Shown here piece after piece: positions 50,453 through 61,308 of a stretch of 64,000 nt of DNA. The stretch is from Lepidodermella squamata (lineage: Eukaryota; Animalia; Gastrotricha): assembly GCA_047495785.1 (NCBI GenBank), contig JBLDXI010000054.1, positions 3,658,001-3,722,000 of the forward strand. The letters are read 5' to 3'. Below the pieces are notes generated by a model, which saw only the letters and a list, made by a program, of their open reading frames with translations, did not search any database and had not been told where the DNA came from. Position numbers and translations under genes: made by a program. How positions within the stretch are numbered: position 1 is the stretch's first letter; each line of letters starts with the position of its first letter.

Positions 50453-51280
50453 ATGCAAAGAGTTGCTGTTGTAACTGGTTCAAATCGTGGACTTGGTTTC
50501 GCTATCGTCAAATTATTGTGTCGAAGTGATGCGGACTTGGTGGTTTATTTGACTGCTAGAAATGAATCACAGGGATTAGATGCAATTGAGAGTTTGAAAA
50601 AACTAGGCCTAACTCCGAGATTTCATCAACTGGATATCACAAATCGGTCAAGTGTTGAAAATTTACGCGATTTCCTCCTCAAGGAGCACGGTGGTTTGGA
50701 TTTGTTAGTCAATAATGCTGGAATAGCTTTCAAAGTTGATTCGCCGGTGCCATTTAGCGAGCAAGCCGAAGTCACGATAGGGACCAATTATTTTGCAACG
50801 CTTGGCGTATGCGACGTTTTATTTCCGATTTTGCGTGATCACGCGCGTGTTGTGACGATTTCGAGCACGGAAGGCCACGATTCATTAGCAAAATGCTCGC
50901 AGGACATTCAAAACGCGTTCAAGTCATGCGAGAGTGTTGCGCAAGTCGATGAGCTGATGCGGAAATTCATCGAACTGACAAAAACTGGACAGCATGTTGC
51001 GAACGGCTGGTGTAACTCGGCGTACGGAGCGGCTCACATCGGCTTAACAACGGCTACTTACATTCTGCAGCGCTTAATCGACGCGGATGAGTCACGTCGT
51101 GATGTAATTGTCAATTCGTGTTGCCCGGGTTACTTGAAAACTGATATGTCTAGCTTCAAGGGCGATAAAACGCCCGAGGAAGGCGCGGATACCCCGGTTT
51201 ATCTTGCTACACTGCCGAAAAATTGTGACAATCCAAAAGGTTGCTTTGTTACTGAGAGAAAAATTTTGCCGTTATTTTGA
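50453..51280 (+). CDS. Carbonyl reductase-like SDR, divergent copy 3 (YxxxK changed to YGAAH)
   Basis: TGSNRGLG, NNAG, CCPGYLKTDM; catalytic Lys replaced by His. Confidence 0.93.
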   Translation: MQRVAVVTGSNRGLGFAIVKLLCRSDADLVVYLTARNESQGLDAIESLKKLGLTPRFHQLDITNRSSVENLRDFLLKEHGGLDLLVNNAGIAFKVDSPVPFSEQAEVTIGTNYFATLGVCDVLFPILRDHARVVTISSTEGHDSLAKCSQDIQNAFKSCESVAQVDELMRKFIELTKTGQHVANGWCNSAYGAAHIGLTTATYILQRLIDADESRRDVIVNSCCPGYLKTDMSSFKGDKTPEEGADTPVYLATLPKNCDNPKGCFVTERKILPLF

Positions 51281-51400
51281 TTATTGTTAAAATATGATAA
51301 ATAAATATTCAATCAAAAATTCTGATTAATTAAAATATTGCAAAATGATTTGATTGTTTTATTAATTTATAGTCATTTTTTACGATAATTGTTTTTTTCA

Positions 51401-51756
51401 ATGGGTTGCTGCTTTGGATCTCAAGCGAACGATGAGCCGGCCCAACCTAGTCCGGTAATTTTTAACTTTTTTTCTGTCGAATATTCTTGTTTGAAATTCG
51501 GCGATTTCAGGAAACACGGCGACGTCTCGTGCTAGAAGCTACTGAAAGGCGGAGACAAGAACAGCAGTCGAAAGGTTTTCAGGATCCTGGAGCGCTAGCG
51601 CGAGCTCAGAAAAAGGCTGATGAAATGGAGAGATTAGAGCGGGAACGCGTATTATCTGGCAATCGCGACGGAGATGGCCTCAAGGTAAGATTTTTTACAT
51701 ATAATTTGATCGTAATTACAAATTTATTTATTTTTTTGCAGTGGACTGTCGGATAA
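51401..51756 (+). CDS. SVIP: Small VCP/p97-interacting protein
   Basis: Exons 51401-51454, 51511-51684 and 51742-51756. MGCC acylation start, VIM-like RRRLVLEATERR, C-terminal GLKWTVG. Confidence 0.88.
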
Positions 51757-52363
51757 ATTTGGATGCTATAGATTGATTTTTTAACGATTTTTGGCGTCTT
51801 TCGATAATCATATGAGCCGCCACAAGTAAAAACCGTGGGTTAGGACATTTTTTCCGATTTCGAGTTGACATCGGTTTCTAGCTCGGTTTTTCGCGCTCTT
51901 TTCAAATCTGAAAACCGTTTCTCAATATCTGCTACCATTGTCAAGATAATGAAGATTGAGTGCGCGCGCATCAAAATTCCTAATTTTTCAGGAGAAGCAA
52001 AAAACAAAAAACACAAATCGCGCATCAAATCGCAGAAAAAGTCGGCATCTCGCGCACAATACTTGCTTATTCGTAGCTTCACCTGAACCTTTCAATTATT
52101 AGTAACTAATGTAACTTGAGCTGTAGATTCCGAATTTTAATGTAAAATTGGCGTAAGAACCACGTATCATCTTCAAACTAGCCATTTTTTGCGTCGCACC
52201 GACTGTTACATTTACCTCGTTTTTCTAGCTGTAATTTGATTGGACTTGAGCTTTACTAGTTCTGCCGACCAACGTGCAGCGTTCGAATCTCAACCAACGC
52301 CAAAAGACACGCATAAAAATGTAGTGATAGCTATAGAAACACACTGCGAACTGCAAATGCAGT

Positions 52364-52407
52364 TTGAGATTTTGAGGACCTCTAATGCAAGGTCCTCAAA
52401 ATCTCAA
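52364..52407. repeat. Perfect 18-bp inverted repeat with 8-nt loop
   Basis: ttgagattttgaggacct-ctaatgca-aggtcctcaaaatctcaa. Confidence 0.9.
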
Positions 52408-54301
52408 CGCCCATTCGAACGTGTCTTTTCTTGGCAATTAAAGCATAGTTCTACTCAATATTAATGGCCGAAGAAGACGATCGGCTGTGATTCAATTGAG
52501 ATTTCTGCGCACTTCGACAGCGTCGTCTCAATGCCTAATTATTTCCAGCCTGGTAAAGGCTTTGATAGCGACTTTTGACATTTTCGTCACCGCTCATTAC
52601 AATGTTGCGCCCTCACTTCACCCCTGTATGGAAACCGAACTCGTATATTCAAAGAGTAGTCAGAATAATCGAATAAGGGAATGAAACCAGAGATCACATA
52701 CCTCAATCGCAAGCAAATTTTGCGCGATAATTTTGTCCTCGGCGAAAATTCAAGTTTCGGCATTTCAGCATAGACATACCTTACATAATTTGCACTTAAC
52801 CTGACGCTGCAAGAATCTGTGCTTCGATATTTTTCACAGTACGATTGAATCCTATTGCCATTAGGCCTTAGGTGCCTTTCAGAATAGGGGTGAAATGTCT
52901 GCGTTTCTGCTGCCTATCAAGTCCCATTTAATTCTAGCACACCAAGCGTTTTTTCTCCTAGTTCGAGGGACATCTATTTAGTAATTAAGATGCTTTACGA
53001 TAAAAGGTTGAGGAATAAGCTTCAAGATACATGATCGGTGGGAAAGAGTGATGAAAACAAGTAAAAACGCCCATTTAATAGCGAGAATTTTTGATCGCAC
53101 GCATTCGACGCAATGACGTCAAAGGTCAAGTTAGGAATTTATGGGCGGTTTTTGTGTCTAAAAATGCTACAAGCAACAAGCTTCAAAATGAATATGGGGT
53201 TCTCGCGCGAAAAATGCAATGGGAAAAAATTTTAGGCGCACCTCGCAAAAGTGCGCACAAGGTGACAAGTGTGTTAATTTTACATTTTTGATGCCTCCAC
53301 AATAATGGCTTATAGCATGAAAAGTACGCATCGGGGATAAAAACGGATTGCACCATGAGATTCCCCATGAAAAACTGCATTAGAAAATGGCGAAAAGTCA
53401 TTTTCGATAAATCAAACCTATCCAACCTTCTTTGCACTCTGGCGAACATTTTACAGAAGTGCGTAACCCACGGTTTTCACTTGTGGCGGCTCATATGTCT
53501 ATTTGAAATAATACACGCTGGCACAATACTTCATTGATTAGATAGCCGCTGTTTTTTCGTCCCAATCATGTATTTTTGCAATTTATCTGTGCCTTTTTGC
53601 TGGGAAATTCGCTTTTCTCGACACCTTGCTCCACGCCTCTGCTGTTATCTTACTTAACATAATATGACGAGCTGTTTAATAAATATTCCAGTATTTGTTT
53701 TTATCTGTTGAATATTTTTAATAAAAATACCTATGATTCATTATCGAGGGTTTAACTTCCCGACCCTGGATCGTGTTTTTATCAATTTCCCAGGTTGCGG
53801 ACGTTCAGATGTAAGATGAATTATAAGCAAACAGCGAGTGTGAGGACAAGTTTTTGCCAACTTGAGTCACTTGAGTTCGGTATCAGTCGAAAACATCGGT
53901 CAGAAACTTGTCACTGTTTGCGCAGGTGCCACATTGCTCATGCTAAACTCGGTTTGATACGCACCGAAAATAAGCGGCGAAGCCACGGTGTAATGAATCA
54001 CCGGTTATCACAACATTGACGTGGCACAAGAGCGGCAAGTGTACATCGTCAAAAGCGCGAGCGGTGAATCACACGCGCTTCCTTTCATATTGCGGCTTCG
54101 CGCTATCGGTTCGCTACGCCATGGTTGCATCATCTTTCGGGAAATTTCCAGAACCTGCGCACACGATATTGCACGGCTTTAAAGCATCGGCATTTATCGC
54201 CCGGCGGCTTTTCATTTATTCATTCGCAACATCTGGTAATTTCGATAACTATCGACATTACCTTAACTGCTCATCATCTCGGCGAGAAATTCGATATATT
54301 T

Positions 54302-54733
54302 ATGCAGCAGGTCAATAGTTCAAGCAAAAAGTCGGTCTCATTCGCTCGCCTTGTCCACGTTCGATACGTCATGTCGAACCCGCGTCATTATCGCAGCAGG
54401 GTGATTGAAGTTGAGAACGATGAGAACGCAAACGTTGAAATTGGCTGTCGACATGACAAATTCGACGAGATAGCAGCAACGAACAAGCCGGTGATCAAAT
54501 ACTCGCGTGACCAGCTGTTGGCGATACGCGACTCTGTGACAAACCTTGAACGTGCTAATCTGGCGACAAGTGCAGCCATTCCACCGGCGATAATTCGATC
54601 GACCGGTGACGCAACGCCGCCACCGGCAAACATCCGATATTCGAGCCGAGAGCTGTTGGCCATCCGGAACAGCAGCTCAAGCAATGGCTGCCTTATCAAC
54701 ATAGCTAGTCTTCCAGCGGCGATACGCAAGTAA
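54302..54733 (+). CDS. Small protein A: RVxF-like PP1 motif plus two eIF4E-binding (YxxxxL-phi) modules, 143 aa
   Basis: KKSVSFARLVHV; KYSRDQLLAIR..IPPAIIR; RYSSRELLAIR..LPAAIRK; AATAAA at about 54944. Confidence 0.8.
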   Translation: MQQVNSSSKKSVSFARLVHVRYVMSNPRHYRSRVIEVENDENANVEIGCRHDKFDEIAATNKPVIKYSRDQLLAIRDSVTNLERANLATSAAIPPAIIRSTGDATPPPANIRYSSRELLAIRNSSSSNGCLINIASLPAAIRK

Positions 54734-55898
54734 ATAATTGCGTGCGTCTCTGTTTACCTCGAGGCCGAAATCGGCTTAACGCCTGGATGAGAAACTTGAA
54801 AAACTTAGCAACGCTGTGATGATCATATCCAGGCGGAACTGATGTAAATAATCGTGCTTTCGCTTATTGTTCTTCTTATACGTGATGACATATTTTTACT
54901 TGCGATCGTGTAAATACGAAAATGAAATGCGAATATGAAAAAAAATAAAGCGGAAAAACCGCAACAGTTTTAAGGTGGTGTTTTTTATTTCAATCCTCTC
55001 ATTAATTTTCGTCGCTTGTCTCCAAATTTAATGCCCAACTGGACGTATAAAAACGATATAACCAGGGTCATACGACGTAATAGCGCGACGCGGCAATTCA
55101 TCAGAGACCAACGTCCTTTCGGCCTTAGAAGTGTTCGGCTATCAAAGTTTTACTGGGCAATGAATAAAGCGGCAGCAGTCGGAACGTGATGTTGGCACGT
55201 ACGCAGGTTTTAGGATCCGCAGGAGTCACGCACGAGTTTTGTCGATCGTTAATTTTTTTTCACATCTCATTATCGTCTTCTTCGTCAATTACCACACGCT
55301 CGACCAGGTCGCTAATTTTTTCGCTAATGGGTGGCGACATATGGGCGGGTTTATTAGTGCCAATTTTTGTTGCAACCGAAGCGAAAGTAAATTTAACGCA
55401 AACAGCTGACGTGAAACGGGTAGGGAGCGGGGAAGATAATAGCTATACTTACTCTAACAACAACAAACAGGCCACACCATCTCGTTAGATAGGCTAAACA
55501 CGCCCAGGTAAGTATATCATATGCAATGGTAGGCGGCTCTTAAATAATGTTATTGACGTTTTCGTGTTTGGCTAACAAAACAACAAATAATGCGCACAGA
55601 AGGTAGAAAACCCATGGCCTAGCCAAGCTTTGGCATCATCATCTAAACACAGCGTGGGCTCAGCAGCGCCACCAACAAGATACCTCTACACAACACAACC
55701 ACGGCGGCACGAATTTCCTATAGCAAACTGTATACTGCGATAGACGCAGGCATGAATAATACGTAGCTGTATATGCAATCAGGCGTAATTTAAAAAGTCT
55801 GACGCACATGAATAATATCGTATAATATGGTGCGAGTACTAACGGCCGGCTGCGTAAACTTATCTGCGACGTATGCAGCAAAACAAAGCTGCACGCTG

Positions 55899-55980
55899 AT
55901 TGGCTGGCGCACTGCCTAGTACTCTAGAATATTCGCCTGCCGCGTATAAAAGCGTGCCAAATGCGCGTACAGTCTCATTC
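55899..55980 (+). promoter_or_regulatory. Pol II core promoter of small protein B
   Basis: Reverse CCAAT (attgg 55899-55903), TATAAAA 55945-55951 and Inr-like TCATTC 55975-55980 at canonical spacing (about -76 and -32). Confidence 0.65.
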
Positions 55981-56166
55981 ACTCTCAAATGCGCTACTAA
56001 ATAATATAACAAAGCGAGCCAAGTTTACGAAACCGTTGTCGTTTCTGCTGAATATTACGTGCTATATATTTCATCGCTTCCTCGGCACCTGTGAAATTTT
56101 TATTTCGACAAACGTGTGATTCATTTCTATTTTTCGTACCTTCAAATACCGTCTAACTCAATCGCC

Positions 56167-56565
56167 ATGGCTTGTTACACGAGGCAGCAACTTGTCGATC
56201 TTCGCAACAAATCGTCGCCCGCCGCCGATTTCGACACCACAGTCATTCCTCAGCAACTTCGCAAAACTCAGCTTCAACCGGTGATTAGTTACTCTCGCCA
56301 GCAGCTGCTGGCAATTCGCGACGCGACACCCGTGGTCGAAGAGCCGTCAACAATTCCCGATGACCTGCGCCGGCCGTCTTCACGCTTCCGATGCGATTCG
56401 AATTGTATGAACGAACAGCAGCACGAGACCAAGAAGATACTCAAGTACACGCGAAACGAGCTTCTCCGATACAAAGCCGCCGCTATGCAGTCGTGTGCCG
56501 CCCAGACTCGCGCTCTCGAAGCGACGGCGCCTGAAGAAATCTACCTCCGCTCGCTCGGTCGTTGA
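56167..56565 (+). CDS. Small protein B: three eIF4E-binding modules, 132 aa
   Basis: gccATGG start; CYTRQQLVDLR..IPQQLRK; SYSRQQLLAIR..IPDDLRR; KYTRNELLRYK..APEEIYLR; AATAAA at about 56723. Confidence 0.82.
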   Translation: MACYTRQQLVDLRNKSSPAADFDTTVIPQQLRKTQLQPVISYSRQQLLAIRDATPVVEEPSTIPDDLRRPSSRFRCDSNCMNEQQHETKKILKYTRNELLRYKAAAMQSCAAQTRALEATAPEEIYLRSLGR

Positions 56566-58793
56566 TTCGTGTTAATTCGCCTCAATGCAATGCAATTCTG
56601 CGAGTTCAGATGCTTCAAGTCATCATTGTCATTACTATTCGTGTTTTTTTCTCGGTCCAAAACTGAAAAATCGCTTCTCTTCGTTGATAACAATATTATT
56701 ATCATAAACACTGCCTCGTTTTAATAAAAACAGAAATCTGATGAGCGGAAAATTCGGTTCTTTTTTAGTTCTCGGTTATAACTGGAAAAAGTGACATGAG
56801 ACCAGACGATTATACCTCTTTCTATCATCTTGTCTTCGAATTTCGAAAATTCGACATGAAGATCTATAATTTTTATCTGCCATTTTGTATGTCTAGTACA
56901 TGTGCAAATTGGCTTATTGTTATATTGAGTTGTTGAGAAGCAATAAAAATTGACGATCAGTTTGATGAATCATTTGTTCTTTTTTCTTCACGTTTCGTTG
57001 ATTAATAGTTTCATTAGTGGCGCGTGTGTTTGACACTAGTGATTCGGCGGCGGCCCAGTGACATAAGCGCGATGATGAAAGGCCGGTGTCGATATATTAC
57101 GCCAGCCGTCCATCTGTTGCTGCTGCCTTTATTAGCAGCGCGCACAGCAAAACGTCCAACGGTCGGCGAGGAAAACATTTAGCGCAGGCCGGGTCAACGG
57201 CGGGTCGGCGAGCGGCGCGCCACGTAAGACGTTGCGTCAAAATATTATAAAAAGGCGCAAATCACGTATTGGGTGACTGCCGCTTTTATTGCCCACGGCT
57301 GCTGAGCTGATGATGAATTGATGTGTCAGGCAGGCAGGCAGGCAGGCGATTAAAGCCGCCCCGTAATAACGCGCAATATAATTACATTATTATTTATTCG
57401 ATTCATTTTGCATCGCCTAATCTGCTCTGTTCAAGTGTAGGCTGTGACACACGCCAGCCGCGAGCTAGTCCGATAATAGCGGCTAATAATAGGTAATAAT
57501 TATCATCAACCGCAAAACACACCTGGCACTTGCCTGCGCTTGACCGATCAAATTAATTAAAAGTGAGTTCGGGAAAACATCGCATTCGCGGAATTTTACA
57601 ATTAAGTTGGAGCATCTCGTAATTAAATAAAGAAATTCCCACCTGTCCTACCACCACCTTCCATCTCGGTGCAAGACAACAAAAATATTGCGGCGTAGTA
57701 GTATACACATAAACGCAGACGTCACGGGACTTGGCTAAGGTTTTTTGGATTGTTTTCACTCTATAAAAAATGCCACGCCAGGATCGCTAACCACGTGGTA
57801 TGAATCACGAGACCTCGTTTCGCACTACTCGATTTTTTATAGATTATTCTATTTTTTTTGCGCTGCGAAAGTATGTCTCTGTAGTGCGAATACAATACCA
57901 TTAAGATAATACCGAGGCGCGGCACATTTATTTCCCATCGCGCTGGCTGCTGGTCTGGATGCCGCAGTTTTTTATTATCGGGCCAATGAGCGCGTAATGT
58001 ATTGCTATTAATATTATCATTGCGTGCTTTGATGCATAAAAAACCACACAAAAACATCACTCGTTTTTTTCTCTCACGTATATGATATATACTGCTGTGG
58101 AACTTTTGCTACCCAAGTACTGACGTAATTTATAATTCCCGTTGATAGTTCTTGCCGTGGAGTGCATTTATTTTGCCATCACCACCATGAAATATGCTAA
58201 AAAAATGAGCACAAACAACTCACGTTATCGCGTTAGTTTTTTTCACCTCTACTGAAATAAACCACCGTTGCCAAAAGTGCCTTGTTGTTTTCCTGCTTTC
58301 ATGCAGCAGGGTGGGGTGCAAAAGGTTATAGAGGGCATCCACGCGGCGTAATAGGCAACAGAACATAGCCATAATTTACCGATTCACTTATTTCACATTG
58401 AAGTGTATAGAGTATATAACTCAGTTTTTTCTCGCTGTGTATAATTTTTTCTCGCTTTTCATCACCGCAAAAAGGGAAATTGTGCGGGGTCTAATATATT
58501 ATATGACGCAGGGGCGCTAGAGGAGAGTTGATCCTGGATTGAATGAAAAAATCGAAGCTGTTCATTCACGCGTAATTACTACTTGTGTGGCTTTCTCTCT
58601 TTCTCTCGCTTCATCATCATAATCATCATCGTCGCAAACAAATCCATTTTGAATTTCTTATGATTTCTCTTTTTTTATAAATAGATGAAATAAAGCCTCG
58701 TTTTTTGTACAATACTACGTACAGCCAGTCAGTCAGCAATTCTTCGTGATATTTTTTTAAATTTTGGTACTACTTTCTATATTCAAACAAACA

Positions 58794-59309
58794 ATGGCTG
58801 AATCGCGAGGCAATCGAGCTAATACTGATAATATGGCGGTAAAAACCAGCGCCACGCCTGCAATCTCGATCCAGTGTCGACCGCGGCGTTATTCTCGCGG
58901 TCAGCTGGTGGACATTCGCAACTCGACATCGTCGACCATCAGCTGTGCTAGTTCTTTCGACGATAGCGATTGCGCCATCGCTAACAACGTGTCTTCCTCA
59001 TCCGCAATGGTTCTCAAAATTCCGCTGGCCCTTCGCCGGACCAACTTGCTGTCGTCGTCGTCGAGCGCCGGAGCTGACGATAGTTGTTTCTCGTCGGGTG
59101 CTAGCAGTCCGAGGCGCCAGTATTCACGCGATGAATTGGTCACCCTGCGCAAGGGCGAAAGCTTGAGCGCTGCGAGCAGTCCGAAAAACGACCGCCAATT
59201 CCTGCGTTCGAACAGCAACAACAACAACAACTGCATCGATGACGATGGCAGCGAGCAACAGCGCCGCCTGTTGGCTGTCATTCCACCTGAAATTCGCCGC
59301 GCTCTGTGA
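58794..59309 (+). CDS. Small protein C: two eIF4E-binding modules with Ser-rich linkers, 171 aa
   Basis: acaATGG start; RYSRGQLVDIR..IPLALRR; QYSRDELVTLR..IPPEIRR. Confidence 0.8.
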   Translation: MAESRGNRANTDNMAVKTSATPAISIQCRPRRYSRGQLVDIRNSTSSTISCASSFDDSDCAIANNVSSSSAMVLKIPLALRRTNLLSSSSSAGADDSCFSSGASSPRRQYSRDELVTLRKGESLSAASSPKNDRQFLRSNSNNNNNCIDDDGSEQQRRLLAVIPPEIRRAL

Positions 59310-61308
59310 TAAATAAGCGGCGATAAATATAATAACTGAAAAACATGACTTTTTCTATAAAAAAACTACAATTCGTCCCGAGTTTTCCAAGAAAACCGCT
59401 GGCGTGCCCTTTTTCATACTATCCGTTCTTTCTGAATTACACTTGACCCGTTTCTTTTTTTTCGCGCGACAATGACTGGAGTGAAGACTAATCGTAGATC
59501 GGGAAAATCAAACCTTAGTTCATTGAGAAAAAAATCTCACCATACTGGAGTTTTAAGATGGATTTTTTTCTCATTTTTCCCAGGGACTCCCTGAAGTAAT
59601 TCTAAGCCCCAAGGGCTCAAATTCGAGGTTAATAGAAAATGAACTTTATTTTTATTGAATTAGAGAACGTTTCCCGCTTCGTCTCTTACTCTTTCTGCAC
59701 CACTGACCGCAAAACACCGCAGGCGTATCTCTAAAACTTGTTTTGTCTATAAAGAAAACTGCTTTTCATTCTTTAATTTCTTTATATTTACGGGATTCAT
59801 CTTTGGAACTTTTGTATTTCTGTTGCATTCCCATTGCCATCAGATGAAGTCTCGAGTAATATTCGAAATCAGCAGGTTTTTTTTATTAAATGCTACTACC
59901 TATCTGTATGTCATTCAAACTTTAAAATTTTACGAATGGTGGGTGTGTATTACAAATGGGATAATTGACGTTGACGATCGATTTTCGCGACTTGTTTTTC
60001 GGCAAATCGTGTGCTTTTCGTAATGCGATACCTACCTACCATGAATATGGAGGAGGAAATTCTATACCATGCTTTATATTGTTATTACGACTCTTCTCTT
60101 TCTCGCGATAACGTAAAATGAAAGTGTGTCATCTATCACCAGAAGTCATCATCGGCGAGAAGTATGCTCTATCGTACGATAAAATTTAATGAATTGCAAT
60201 TTTTGTATTTTTTTGTAATAAAAACTTTTCAACGTGCAACGACGCGTCGGCTTTTTTCCGCTCCCGCATCAAATCAAGTCTGGAAAATTCCTACGTGAAT
60301 TATTGAGTCTACATCCTGTCTCTAGAGTGCATCAGGTGGATGAGCCGATTATGCGGCGCAGAGGATTTCCATAATCCCATGAGAGTTCGTTTGAGTCATG
60401 TGATCCGGATGTTATCAAATGATTGAAACGAATTAGCCTGAAGGGCTTCGTGCTGCAGCAAAAAAATACCAGGAAAATGAAAATAGGTAAAAACAGGTAG
60501 CTTTAGCTAAGTTGGAAGCTTACCCGGAGTATGAAGTAATTATGGAGTGATGAAGTAAACAATAATAAGCACGGACTCAAGTTCGTATTGGCGCCAAGTT
60601 TTTGCGCCAGATCAAAAATTCGATGTCCCCAGCGCAATAACAGTAGGTCAGTTGTATGGTCAGTGGTTGAGGTCAAATTTCAAAATGTGATCTCTGCAAC
60701 AATTTACAGGAAATGTGGCCTAGTGCCTGTTGCATATGGTGAAGCACATGGCCTTTTCTAATGCGTATTGAAATAAATGACCCAATTTTTCCAAGGTGGA
60801 GTATCTAAGTCACAGACTTTGACAGAAGTCCGGTTGGCCTACATAGCTTGCACTAACGATGTTCGATGTCAAAGAGGCACGTGCCGATCATTTATCTAGC
60901 TTTTTTTTATTTTTAGCATGTAGGCCTATGTAAGTCGTCACATTGTTACTACGCTACGAAAAGGCAACTCGTGACCCAATTTTATTCTTCACTGAGCTCT
61001 TTGTTGTCATAAACATTCAACCAGTAATTATTACTTAGAGAGGTTATTATTTTACCCAACTGACCCACATTATCAAGATGAAAATTTTTATGCTAGTTGC
61101 CAACAATGACGGAAATGGCTGACCAAGCTCGGCAGTTTTAATGTAAATCCATTTGCTAAGGAATTTGCTTATCACTACGCGATATTAAATCTTTGTTAAT
61201 AGCGCGCTCTTATTATATTTCCAGAATATTTTCAACTAATTGATTCCCTCGGAAATTTTAGTTTCATTTTTAACCCTATTTACTGTCCAGTTTTAACTTT
61301 CAATTGCA

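Noticed and set aside
54125-54301. N-terminal extension of protein A from the TTG in the ORF track
   Set aside because: Non-ATG start that overlaps promoter-like elements; ATG 54302 was used. The same reasoning applies to the extensions at 1879, 41855, 47173, 56116 and 58764.
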